NCBI GenBank assembly: GCA_011171075.1
Contig: DUFD01000045.1
Location: forward strand, 4,835 to 68,834
Length of the DNA: 64,000 bases
Direction of reading: 5' to 3'
Source: Dehalococcoidia bacterium
GTDB lineage: Bacteria > Chloroflexota > Dehalococcoidia > Dehalococcoidales > Fen-1064
Shown here piece after piece: positions 1 through 9,120 of this stretch (positions are counted from its first letter, which is position 1; each line of letters opens with the position of its first letter). The translations under genes and the position numbers were made by a program. Under the pieces are notes generated by a model that saw only the letters and a list, made by a program, of their open reading frames with translations, had not been told where the DNA came from and made no database searches.

Positions 1-8
1 ACATTGAA

Positions 9-1781
9 ATGTGCGGAATCGTCGGATATATCGGAAACCAGCAGGCTGCTCCAATCCTGTTGAACGCCCTTAAAAAGCTGGAATACCGGGGTTATGACTC
101 GGCCGGCCTGGCCACCATCACGGACAGCCACGTCTGCATCAAAAAGGATGCCGGCACTCTGGTCGAGGTCAACACCAAGCACCAGCTGAACGAGCTTCCC
201 GGCATAGCCGGTATCGGGCATGTTCGCTGGGCAACCCACGGCGCAGTCACGGCCAGCAACGCTCACCCGCACCTGGACTGTAACCAGGAGATTGCCATTG
301 TGCACAATGGCATCATCGAAAACCACCAGGAACTCCGTTCCCGTCTTAGCGCACGGCACCGTTTTACCTCGGACACGGACACCGAGGTAATCGCTCACCT
401 CATCGAAGAGTATGCCAGCACCGGGTCTTCTCTTGAAGAGGCTGTACGTCTTACCAGCAGAGAACTGAAGGGTTCCTATGCCATCGCTGCGGTATCTGCC
501 AAAGAACCGGGGAAAATGGTGGCGGCACGCAAGGATAGTCCTCTGGTAGCCGGTATAGCCAATGGAGGCAACTTTGTTGCCAGCGATTGTCTTTCCTTCC
601 TGGAACAGACCGACCGCATTATCTATGTCGAAGACGGCGAATGCGTAATCCTCACAGGGGACAAAGTCTCTCTATTTGACAATGACGGCCACGAGATAAA
701 GAGGACACCGAGTAAGGCCAGCTGGAAGGTAGACGAGGCCACCAAGCAGGGCTACGACTTCTTTATGATGAAGGAGATTCTTGAACAGCCACAGGCAATA
801 CGCCATGCCCTAATGCAGGACCGAACCCTGATGATGGAAATGGCCCTCGAGATTTTGCGGGCCAGACAGGTGTTATTCACGGCTTGCGGCACCTCACGAC
901 ACGCCGCTCTCATCGGACGGTACGTCTTCTCCAGGCTCTCAAGTAAGTTCTGCGATGTTGTCATGGCCTCGGAGCTGGGGTACTTTTCTGACTCGGTCGA
1001 CAAGAACACGCTGGTGATTGCCGTTTCCCAGAGCGGAGAGACCGCTGACGTCATGAACGGCGTAAAAAAGGCCAAGGAAAATGGTGCTACTATCTTTTCT
1101 CTGGTCAACGTGGTCGGTTCCTCGCTGGCACGCATGAGTGACCGTGTCGCCTACCTGAACTGCGGTCCGGAGATTGGTGTCGCCGCCACCAAGTCATTCA
1201 CGGCACAGCTTACCATTCTCTATCTACTGGCCTACACCATGATAAACCGGTTCGACCAGGGGGTTGGACAGCTGAACGCGGTCTCCGATTTGATTGCCGA
1301 CAACCTGCAGCACAATGGCCTGGAAGTCCCCAAGATAGCCAACAGAATGAGCCGGAAGAACGATTTCTATTATATAGCCAGGGGGATTAACTTCGCTACC
1401 GCCGGAGAAGGTGCCCTTAAACTAAAAGAGATTGCCTATGTCCACGCCGAGGGTATGCCTGCCGGCGAGTTGAAACATGGCACGCTGGCACTGATTACAG
1501 AAGGAACACCGGTAGTAGCCATATGTCCCGGCGACTACACGTTCGACGAAACGCTGTCCAACATTGCTGAGACCAAGGCACGTGGAGCGCGGGTTATCGG
1601 GGTATCTGACCGCCAGGAACCTGCGTTTGACGAGTGGATTGAGATTCCAGAGGTCGACGAGATTTTCTATCCGCTGGTGAGTATTATTCCGCTTCAGCTC
1701 TTTGCTTACCATTCCGCCGTTGCCAGAAACCTCGACCCCGATAAACCGCGAAACCTCGCAAAATCAGTAACCGTCAAGTGA
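9..1781 (+). CDS. glmS: glutamine--fructose-6-phosphate aminotransferase (isomerising)
   Basis: 590-aa ORF. N-terminal 'MCGIVGY' Ntn-amidotransferase nucleophile, two SIS-like halves, and C-terminal 'KPRNLAKSVTVK' typical of GlmS. Confidence 0.95.
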   Translation: MCGIVGYIGNQQAAPILLNALKKLEYRGYDSAGLATITDSHVCIKKDAGTLVEVNTKHQLNELPGIAGIGHVRWATHGAVTASNAHPHLDCNQEIAIVHNGIIENHQELRSRLSARHRFTSDTDTEVIAHLIEEYASTGSSLEEAVRLTSRELKGSYAIAAVSAKEPGKMVAARKDSPLVAGIANGGNFVASDCLSFLEQTDRIIYVEDGECVILTGDKVSLFDNDGHEIKRTPSKASWKVDEATKQGYDFFMMKEILEQPQAIRHALMQDRTLMMEMALEILRARQVLFTACGTSRHAALIGRYVFSRLSSKFCDVVMASELGYFSDSVDKNTLVIAVSQSGETADVMNGVKKAKENGATIFSLVNVVGSSLARMSDRVAYLNCGPEIGVAATKSFTAQLTILYLLAYTMINRFDQGVGQLNAVSDLIADNLQHNGLEVPKIANRMSRKNDFYYIARGINFATAGEGALKLKEIAYVHAEGMPAGELKHGTLALITEGTPVVAICPGDYTFDETLSNIAETKARGARVIGVSDRQEPAFDEWIEIPEVDEIFYPLVSIIPLQLFAYHSAVARNLDPDKPRNLAKSVTVK

Positions 1782-1836
1782 GCTGCGGAATCAATGACTG
1801 GTACCCGGCACACCTAATAAACCAACCCCTTTTACT

Positions 1837-2418
1837 CTAGTGGGTGGATGGCTCTCGAACCCGCTCGGCAAACTCATCAGGCTGAACAGCATCCAGAGCC
1901 TCAATCAGGGTAGGTCCGTGATACCAGTAGGTGCGTTCTGAGGGCTTATAGATATTATCACCCTGCATTGCTGATATAGGAACAAACCTGTTCCCGGTAT
2001 ATCCCAGTGCAGCAAGCAGGCCGGCCACTTCTACTTTAGTACGCCGGAAAATCCATTCGTCGTAGTCCACCATATCCAGCTTGTTAATGGCAACTATGAT
2101 TTCTTTTATACCAAGCATACTGACAAGGCGGACATGCTGGCGGGTTTGCTCCTGGATACCATCAATACAGGAGACTACCAGGATAGCCACCTGGGCATGG
2201 GAAGTTGTGTTTCTGGCAAATCCATGGTGGCCGGGTATGTCCACGACCTTGTAGAAGTCCCTTTCCTTAGACATGATACGTGCAGTATCTACGGCACATT
2301 CTTCGGACAGGGCTGCCGATTTACGGAGAAGTCGATTAATCAGGGTCAACCTGCCGTGACCTGTGTGACCGACAATAGCAATCTTCAAGCCCATACCTTT
2401 ACTCTCCGCATTCATCAC
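1837..2418 (-). CDS. stand-alone EF-Tu/EF-1A/CysN-like GTPase domain protein with a non-canonical P-loop
   Basis: 193-aa ORF. G1-like 'GHTGHGRLTL', G3 'DIPGH', G4 'NKLD', G5-like 'SAM', and CysN-like 'YWYHGPTLIEALD'. Beta-barrel domains II/III are absent. Confidence 0.6.
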   Translation of the reverse strand: MMNAESKGMGLKIAIVGHTGHGRLTLINRLLRKSAALSEECAVDTARIMSKERDFYKVVDIPGHHGFARNTTSHAQVAILVVSCIDGIQEQTRQHVRLVSMLGIKEIIVAINKLDMVDYDEWIFRRTKVEVAGLLAALGYTGNRFVPISAMQGDNIYKPSERTYWYHGPTLIEALDAVQPDEFAERVREPSTH

Positions 2419-2663
2419 GGAATCATATACGGATTACCAATTGCGAATATAGTTGCATTCTACCCACAACCGCCCACACAAGTCATCAGCCTTGTTATTT
2501 AAAATGGGCGGCCAGGGGAAGAGGTAAGGCTATACCAGAAGATGTACTACCGGAGGAGAAAACCATGGTAGTTGACTGACAAAGCGAATAAGTAAAGGCG
2601 AAATAGTAATACTGCTGTTTATTTGTATAGAAGGTCTAATAAAGAACGGAGGCCAGGCCCTCT

Positions 2664-3482
2664 CTACTCCCCACGAAACTCTGGCTCTCTCTTCTCAACG
2701 AATGCCGTGGCCCCTTCCTGGTGGTCCCTCGTCTTATTGAGCTCCTGCATCTTGCCCTGTATATACTTCAATGTCTCTTCGAGGTCCATGTTTAATCCCT
2801 CGTAGATAGCCTGCTTCGTTTTTTGAATCGCCAGCGTGGGCCCATTGGCCAGTTTTTCAGCCAGCTCCAGCGTCGCTATTTCAAGCTCATCGTGAGGCAC
2901 GACCATGGTCACCAAACCGATACGCTTTGCCTCTTCGGCATCGACCATATCACCCGTCATCGCCATGAGTAGAGCGTTATCGATGCCGACAAGCCTTGGT
3001 AGAAAGAAGGTACCACCCGCAGCAGGCAACATACCACGCCTGATAAAGACCTCGGCGAACCGTGCTCTATCGGAGGCAATACGAATATCACAGGCACAGG
3101 CAAAATCAAGACCCCCTCCGACCGCAGCGCCATTGATTGCCCCGATTATCGGTTTCAGGCATTTCTGCATCAGGAGATGGAGCGAGACACGGTCAGGCCT
3201 ACGCTGCCCCATTGCGGCCGGAGAATCCGGTTGCTTAAAACGCTCTGCCATCGCTTTAACATCGGCGCCGGAGCAAAAAGCCCGACCGTTGCCGGTAATT
3301 ATTATTACCCTGATATCGTCATCACTGGCACTATCTTCCACCGCCCGGTAGAGGCTATCAGACATCTCCGGTGTGAAGGCATTCATCTTGTCAGGTCGGT
3401 TCATAGTTATCGTCGCAATATGGTTTTCCTTGGTATAGATTATATCCGGATAACCCTTCTGAACGTTCTTTTTCCCTGCCAT
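2664..3482 (-). CDS. enoyl-CoA hydratase/isomerase (crotonase) family protein
   Basis: 272 aa. Crotonase motifs 'FCSGADV' and 'GGGLDFACACDIRIAS'. Confidence 0.85.
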   Translation of the reverse strand: MAGKKNVQKGYPDIIYTKENHIATITMNRPDKMNAFTPEMSDSLYRAVEDSASDDDIRVIIITGNGRAFCSGADVKAMAERFKQPDSPAAMGQRRPDRVSLHLLMQKCLKPIIGAINGAAVGGGLDFACACDIRIASDRARFAEVFIRRGMLPAAGGTFFLPRLVGIDNALLMAMTGDMVDAEEAKRIGLVTMVVPHDELEIATLELAEKLANGPTLAIQKTKQAIYEGLNMDLEETLKYIQGKMQELNKTRDHQEGATAFVEKREPEFRGE

Positions 3483-3503
3483 CCTTCAACTTCTCCTTCG
3501 CAG

Positions 3504-4232
3504 TCAGGACGATTTCTTCTCACAGCCAAGCTCTTCCGGGAAGCGAATCGCCGTATCGTAATCTTTAAGGGCTTCACGAAGAGTATCGATACTGATAGGT
3601 TCCATCCTGATATATACCGGCCTGCGGCCAATCTCATCAAGGGCATGGGCATCAGAGCCCTGGGTACAGGCACGCTTTCTGGGGTAGCCGCGTACTGTCC
3701 CCGCATTCCACCGGGGCTTGTTCCGGGGAATGGTAATCTCAAGGGCACTGAGATAGTCGCTGGCATGGATTGCCATTTTCACCGCGCGCGGCTGCTGTGT
3801 CTCCAGAAAGCCGCTTGGCCAGCGCTCCACATGGGCGGCTATCGCCAGTCCACCTCTCTCATCTATCTTTCGCAAAGCCTCCTCGGTATCACCGCTGGTT
3901 ACATTAATAGAATCCCCCCACTGCTTTCGGTCAAGCCCGACATAACCAAGAAAGTCCCTCAGCTCCACCAGTGAAGTGTCCAGCGGAAAAAGGGCCAAGA
4001 TATGCCCGCCGACCGTAGACAGTTCGATACCAGGGAAGACGATGAGCCCCTTCCCATTAGATGCCTGTCGTACCTCATCTATTGCTTCAGCCGAATTATG
4101 GTCAGTTATAGCTATCGCCTCAAGACCAGCAGCCAGAGCGGCATCCACTATCTGCTCAGGTGTAACTGACATGTCACTGAAGCAGGCCGATTTCGGGGTA
4201 TGCACGTGTAAATCTATCTTCCTGAATACCAA
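3504..4232 (-). CDS. PHP-domain metal-dependent phosphoesterase
   Basis: 242 aa. 'IDLHVHT', 'ITDHN' and later His/Asp motifs of the PHP (histidinol-phosphatase-like) fold. Confidence 0.75.
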   Translation of the reverse strand: MVFRKIDLHVHTPKSACFSDMSVTPEQIVDAALAAGLEAIAITDHNSAEAIDEVRQASNGKGLIVFPGIELSTVGGHILALFPLDTSLVELRDFLGYVGLDRKQWGDSINVTSGDTEEALRKIDERGGLAIAAHVERWPSGFLETQQPRAVKMAIHASDYLSALEITIPRNKPRWNAGTVRGYPRKRACTQGSDAHALDEIGRRPVYIRMEPISIDTLREALKDYDTAIRFPEELGCEKKSS

Positions 4233-4347
4233 CTCTCTGAATCAACCGTCGTATCATAAAGTAGGGTCTGCAAGTCTGTCTGTTATTTAGGTTAGCAAGC
4301 ATTGCCTGTAATGTCAAAACGGGATAGCTGATTCCAGCCCTACCAAA

Positions 4348-4376
4348 TTGACAAACTCACCGTGAAATACTATTAT
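4348..4376 (+). promoter_or_regulatory. sigma70-like promoter upstream of the NIL-ferredoxin/MoaD-like pair
   Basis: TTGACA (4348-4353), a 17-nt spacer, then TATTAT (4371-4376). It sits about 115 nt upstream of the ATG at 4493. Confidence 0.4.
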
Positions 4377-4492
4377 TCAGGCAAGTCACATTACAAAAAG
4401 ACACCCGTCTATACCGTAGAGAACCGTCCGGGTCTTCACCAGAAAGCGTAGGCCTGACTTCATGAATAGATAACAACTGTGGAGGTGGTGGA

Positions 4493-4903
4493 ATGCCTGT
4501 TTCACGAAGAATTGTGCTTCATTTCCCGCGTCGACTGGTAGACCGACCCATAGTATACAGGTTGATTAAGGACTATGACCTGGAGTTTAATATCCTCAAA
4601 GCATCGGTCACCCCGGAGGAGGAAGGGCTGATGGTGCTTGAGCTCAAGGGCGACCAGAAAGATTATGACCAGGGCATTAATTACCTCAACGAGGCCGGGG
4701 TCCAAATCCAGGCACTTAGCCAGAACGTAACCCGTAATGAGATACGCTGTACCCACTGCGGTGCCTGCATCACCATCTGCCCTACGGCGGCCTTTGAGCT
4801 GGACAAGAAAACCCGTGTGGTCGCTTTTGACAACGACAAATGCATCGCCTGCGGCCTGTGTATCAAATCATGCCCTCCCAGGGCAATGGAACTACATTTC
4901 TGA
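4493..4903 (+). CDS. NIL-domain / 2x[4Fe-4S] ferredoxin fusion protein
   Basis: 136 aa. N-terminal NIL-like region ('IVYRLIKDYDLEFNILKASV') followed by 'CTHCGACITICP' and 'CIACGLCIKSCP'. RBS GGAGGTGG lies upstream. Confidence 0.8.
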   Translation: MPVSRRIVLHFPRRLVDRPIVYRLIKDYDLEFNILKASVTPEEEGLMVLELKGDQKDYDQGINYLNEAGVQIQALSQNVTRNEIRCTHCGACITICPTAAFELDKKTRVVAFDNDKCIACGLCIKSCPPRAMELHF

Positions 4904-4959
4904 CCAGAGCATAACCCTGTATCACCGAAAGCTGATAGGAAGGAGGGGGCTGTCACGTT

Positions 4960-5232
4960 ATGAGTGTTAAGGTTAACATCCCTTCGTATCTGCAACCCTT
5001 TACCAGCGGTTACGAAGTGGTTGAAGTCACCGGTTCCACTACCGGTGAGTGTCTTAGAAATCTCAGCAAACAGTTCCCTGATATAGGTAATAAGCTATTC
5101 AACGAAGGGGGTGAACTTATCAGCTACATCAGTATCTATCTCAATAAAGAGTTCGTCAACACGGACGAACTAAACAAACCGGTCAATGACGGAGATGAGC
5201 TCCACGTGTTTTATCTCCTCGGTGGTGGCTAA
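4960..5232 (+). CDS. MoaD/ThiS-family ubiquitin-like sulfur-carrier protein
   Basis: 90 aa. Beta-grasp-like size, and the ORF ends in '...YLLGGG' directly before the stop, i.e. a C-terminal Gly-Gly. Confidence 0.75.
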   Translation: MSVKVNIPSYLQPFTSGYEVVEVTGSTTGECLRNLSKQFPDIGNKLFNEGGELISYISIYLNKEFVNTDELNKPVNDGDELHVFYLLGGG

Positions 5233-5297
5233 TAACCGTAACGAACAACCTACGGAAACTATTAATACTAAACAGTCAGGGGAAAAGAAGGAGAATT

Positions 5298-6275
5298 ATG
5301 TTTAAGACCAGAATCACAGAACTACTCGGTATTGAGTATCCTATCCTCGCCGGACCAATGGCCTACATGTCAGGGCCCGAGTTAATCTCGGCCGTCTCCA
5401 ATGCTGGTGGGCTTGGTATCATAGCCTCTCTGACCTATCAGACGATAGATGAGCTGCGGGAAGCCATCAAGAAGACCAAGAGCCTCACCGAGAAGCCCTT
5501 CGCCGTCAACGTTACGCTGCTGCCCTCGGCCAGGCCGGTCAACTATGAAGAATACTTCCAGGCAATTGTTAATGAAGGCGTAAAAATTGTCGAGACATCA
5601 GGGCGTAGTCCTGAGCCGTACATCAAACTGCTCAAGGACGCTGGAGCGACTGTGCTGCACCGGGCAACCAGAACCAAGGATATCAAAACGGCGGAACGGG
5701 TTGGCGTAGATGCGGTCACTATTCTCGGCATGGAAGCGGCCGGGCATCCAGGACAGGAAGAGGTCGGTACTATGGTCAGAATCCCGATAGCCTGTGACGC
5801 GGTAAAGATACCTGTCATTGCCGGAGGAGGTATCGCGGACGCCCGTGGCTTCGTTGCCGCCCTGGCAATGGGAGCGGATGGTGTGCTTATGGGCACGCGC
5901 TTCATGGCAAGCAAGGAGTGTCTCATCCACAACAACGTCAAAGAGTGGCTGCTGACACTTGGCGAAATGGACACCATCCTTATCCAGAAGTCAATCAAGA
6001 ACGCCTCCCGTGTTGTCAGGACAGAACACTCGGAGAAGATACTGGAGATGGAGAACCGCGGTGCCAGCCTGGAAGAGCTAATGCCCATGATTAGCGGTCG
6101 GCGCGGGCAGAATGTTTATGCTACCGGCGACATCGGCTCTGGAGCGGCAATATCAGTAGGACAGGTTGTTGGCCTGATACATAGCATTCCCACCGTTAAG
6201 GAGATTATGGACGGCATAGTCAGTGATTCTAGAACCATTATGCAACGCCTGGAGAAGCTGGGGTTGAGCGCATAA
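5298..6275 (+). CDS. nitronate monooxygenase / FabK-like FMN oxidoreductase
   Basis: 325 aa. 'YPILAGPMA' and 'GGGIADARGFVAALAMGADGVLMGTRF', typical of the NMO/2-nitropropane dioxygenase family. Confidence 0.85.
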   Translation: MFKTRITELLGIEYPILAGPMAYMSGPELISAVSNAGGLGIIASLTYQTIDELREAIKKTKSLTEKPFAVNVTLLPSARPVNYEEYFQAIVNEGVKIVETSGRSPEPYIKLLKDAGATVLHRATRTKDIKTAERVGVDAVTILGMEAAGHPGQEEVGTMVRIPIACDAVKIPVIAGGGIADARGFVAALAMGADGVLMGTRFMASKECLIHNNVKEWLLTLGEMDTILIQKSIKNASRVVRTEHSEKILEMENRGASLEELMPMISGRRGQNVYATGDIGSGAAISVGQVVGLIHSIPTVKEIMDGIVSDSRTIMQRLEKLGLSA

Positions 6276-6388
6276 TAACGCCAGAGAGCAACAGGAGGTG
6301 ATAAATAAGCGTTTTGTATCTAATTACTGCTGGAGAGACGGGTGGATGGGTCTTAACATAGACGTTTGATATAAGGAGATAGTGTGTC

Positions 6389-7459
6389 ATGAAGACAAGA
6401 ATGACCGAGCTATTTGGAATAAAATATCCCATCATGATAGCCGGGATGAACTGGCTAACCACCCCGAAACTGGTTGCAGCCGTCTCTAATGCCGGTGGCC
6501 TCGGTGTCTTAGCCGGGAATCACCAGACCCCCGACGGATTAAGAGAGGCGATTAAAGAAATCAGGGAGCTAACCGATAAACCATTCGGCATCAACCTCAC
6601 CCTGGGAATCGGCTCCGCCCAGCGTGTACCGGTAGTGCTAGAGGAGAAGGTACCGGTATTGAACTACGCACTGGGCAGACCCCCGGAGATTGGTCCTTTA
6701 ATTGAGGCAGTCCATGGTTACGGGGGCAAGGTTATCGGCACGATAGCCATGCTCAGGCACGCTCTTCGCTCCGAGCAGCTTGGGGCTGATGCGCTTATTA
6801 TCACCGGGTATGAAGCCGCTTCTCATTCTGGAAATGTTGGTGCCCTGGTGCTGGTACCCACCATCGCTGAGGCGGTGAAAGTGCCCTGCATCGGGGCCGG
6901 CGGCTACGCGGATGGTCGTGGCCTAGCGGCAGCCCTGGCCCTGGGTGCTGAGGGCATATCTATGGGTAGCCGTCTGGCGGCCACTCAGGAGGCCGAAGTA
7001 TCCGATGCTGTCAAGCAGACCTGGGTCAACGCCAGTGAAGAAGATACCGTTATCGACCCGGCCTTCGACGGCATCAACTGCCGGGTGCTGAGGAACAAGG
7101 CCGCCGAAGACCTGCTTCAGAAGAAAGCCTTCCCGCTGTTTGATTCCATCTCAGCGGGCCTGCACATGAAGAAAACACTGAACATGTCCTGGGGAGAGTT
7201 TCTCCGTACTGCCAATAATATGCGGAAACAGCCGTCAGGTGTCGGGGGTGGTCAGCGCGGCCTGGCTTCATCAATGCGTTTCGCCGTTGGCAGCCGGCTT
7301 TTCAGGGTAGCCCTGGAGGACCCCGTGAACGGTATCCTGATGATGGGACAGACTGCCGGCAGGATAAAAGATATCCCCACGGTAGCCGAGGTCATTGAGC
7401 GTACTGTTAAGGAAGCCGAAGAGATACAGAAAACGATGGCCAATCAGTTCGCCAACTGA
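6389..7459 (+). CDS. nitronate monooxygenase / FabK-like FMN oxidoreductase (paralogue)
   Basis: 356 aa. 'YPIMIAGMNW' and 'GAGGYADGRGLAAALALGAEGISMGSR'. Tandem paralogue of the preceding gene. Confidence 0.85.
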   Translation: MKTRMTELFGIKYPIMIAGMNWLTTPKLVAAVSNAGGLGVLAGNHQTPDGLREAIKEIRELTDKPFGINLTLGIGSAQRVPVVLEEKVPVLNYALGRPPEIGPLIEAVHGYGGKVIGTIAMLRHALRSEQLGADALIITGYEAASHSGNVGALVLVPTIAEAVKVPCIGAGGYADGRGLAAALALGAEGISMGSRLAATQEAEVSDAVKQTWVNASEEDTVIDPAFDGINCRVLRNKAAEDLLQKKAFPLFDSISAGLHMKKTLNMSWGEFLRTANNMRKQPSGVGGGQRGLASSMRFAVGSRLFRVALEDPVNGILMMGQTAGRIKDIPTVAEVIERTVKEAEEIQKTMANQFAN

Positions 7460-7470
7460 GAGCAGGCAAC

Positions 7471-8652
7471 CTAAATATCGTTATTGCGTGATTGCAGCCA
7501 CTTCTGCTTCTGGTCTAGCCGCGTGGCCTCATCGGTAGGACGGTAGCGTACCATGAAGTCTTCCCTGAACAATGGAAAGGTACCATTGAGGATAGCATCA
7601 CGCATACGGCACACCAGGTTGCTGATGAAGGTCAGGTTATGGATGGTTGCCAGCCGATAGGCAAGCAGTTCCTTTGCCTTGAAGAGGTGATGCAGGTAAA
7701 CGGCTGAGAAGGTACGACAGGTATAGCAGTCGCACGCCGGGTCCAGTGGCCGCTGCTCTTCAGCAAAGGCAGCGTTAAGGATATTGACCCGTCCCGAAGA
7801 CGTAAACAGAGCACCGTTCCGGGCGACCCGTGTCGGCAGAGCGCTGTCGAAGATATCAATTCCGCGGGCAACACACTCGACCAGGTCCTCCGGGGAACCG
7901 ACCCCCATCAGGTAGCGCGGTTTGTCCTGAGGTAACAAGGCAGCCGTCTCCTCTGTGATACTCAGGGTTACCTGCTTCGGCTCACCGATACTCAGCCCGC
8001 CTATGGCATATCCGGGGAAGTCCATTGATGTCAGAAACTCAACTGACTGTTTTCGAAGTTCAGGGTAAATCCCGCCCTGGACAATCCCGAATAACGCCTG
8101 GTCACTGCGCCGTTTCGCTTTCAGGCACCTCTCGGCCCAGTGGTTTGTCCGTCTTAGTGCCTGCTCGACATGGGCGTAATCACTATCTATGGCAGTACAT
8201 TCATCAAGTACCATAATAATATCGGCGCCGAGCGATTCCTGATACTGCACTGCCAATTCGGGTGTTAGAGTGTGCTCACTACCATCGATATGTGAGCGAA
8301 AGACGACCCCTTTATTATTGATGCGCCGCAGTCCCGCTAAGCTGAAGACCTGGTATCCGCCGCTATCGGTGAGAATAGGTCCGTCCCAGGCCATGAACTT
8401 ATGTAAACCACCCGCCCCTTCAATCACCGGGATACCGGGGCGTAGATACAGGTGATAGGTATTGGCCAGCAGCATTGTCGTACCGACATCACGGACTTCC
8501 TCAGGAGTCAATGTTTTCACCGAACCCTGACTGCCTACAGGCATGAATACTGGTGTGGGTACAATCCCGTGAGGTGTAACCAGCTCGCCAGCCCGTGCCC
8601 GGCTGCCAGGGCACGTCTTTAACATTTGAAAGCTAACAGGGCTGTCTGTCAT
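7471..8652 (-). CDS. tgt: tRNA-guanine transglycosylase (queuine tRNA-ribosyltransferase)
   Basis: 393 aa. 'LTDSGGYQVFSL' and zinc site 'CDCYTC...YLHHL'. Confidence 0.95.
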   Translation of the reverse strand: MTDSPVSFQMLKTCPGSRARAGELVTPHGIVPTPVFMPVGSQGSVKTLTPEEVRDVGTTMLLANTYHLYLRPGIPVIEGAGGLHKFMAWDGPILTDSGGYQVFSLAGLRRINNKGVVFRSHIDGSEHTLTPELAVQYQESLGADIIMVLDECTAIDSDYAHVEQALRRTNHWAERCLKAKRRSDQALFGIVQGGIYPELRKQSVEFLTSMDFPGYAIGGLSIGEPKQVTLSITEETAALLPQDKPRYLMGVGSPEDLVECVARGIDIFDSALPTRVARNGALFTSSGRVNILNAAFAEEQRPLDPACDCYTCRTFSAVYLHHLFKAKELLAYRLATIHNLTFISNLVCRMRDAILNGTFPLFREDFMVRYRPTDEATRLDQKQKWLQSRNNDI

Positions 8653-8698
8653 CTCGGCTTGAGACCTTTTCGTAAGAAAGCAATCCAGAAAACTCTAC

Positions 8699-9106
8699 CT
8701 AACGCCCCTCTTCCAGATAAGCCTGAAGTATAACGGCCGCCGCAGCCGCATCGTACCTGGGCTTCTTCTTCGCCTTGCGCCCGGTACGCTGCATCAGCCG
8801 CCGGGCAGAGACCGTACTGAGACGCTCATCACGGAACTCTATCGGTATTTGTGTGTGGTGGCGTAGCTGCTCGACAAACTCCTCTACTTTAGATGCCTGC
8901 TGACCAACTGTGCCATCCATCGAGCGTGGCAGCCCCACGACTATCTTACCGACTTCACGTTGCTCTATTATGTCAAAAATAGTCCCGATATCCCTTTCTT
9001 CGCCGGTGCGTTCGATAATAGTAAACGGACTGGCCATTATCCCACCGGGGTCACTGAGGGCCACCCCTATCCTCTTATCTCCAATGTCCAGTCCCATGAT
9101 ACGCAT
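8699..9106 (-). CDS. ruvX: Holliday-junction-resolvase-like / pre-16S rRNA nuclease YqgF
   Basis: 135 aa. 'GLDIGDKRIGVALSD' with the YqgF-family layout. Confidence 0.9.
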   Translation of the reverse strand: MRIMGLDIGDKRIGVALSDPGGIMASPFTIIERTGEERDIGTIFDIIEQREVGKIVVGLPRSMDGTVGQQASKVEEFVEQLRHHTQIPIEFRDERLSTVSARRLMQRTGRKAKKKPRYDAAAAAVILQAYLEEGR

Positions 9107-9120
9107 GTATAACTATCGTC

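Noticed and set aside
4377-4492. SAM-I or other known riboswitch upstream of the NIL-ferredoxin gene
   Set aside because: I could not find the conserved SAM-I core or any other riboswitch consensus I know. Only generic stem potential is present, so I kept it as a low-interest note.
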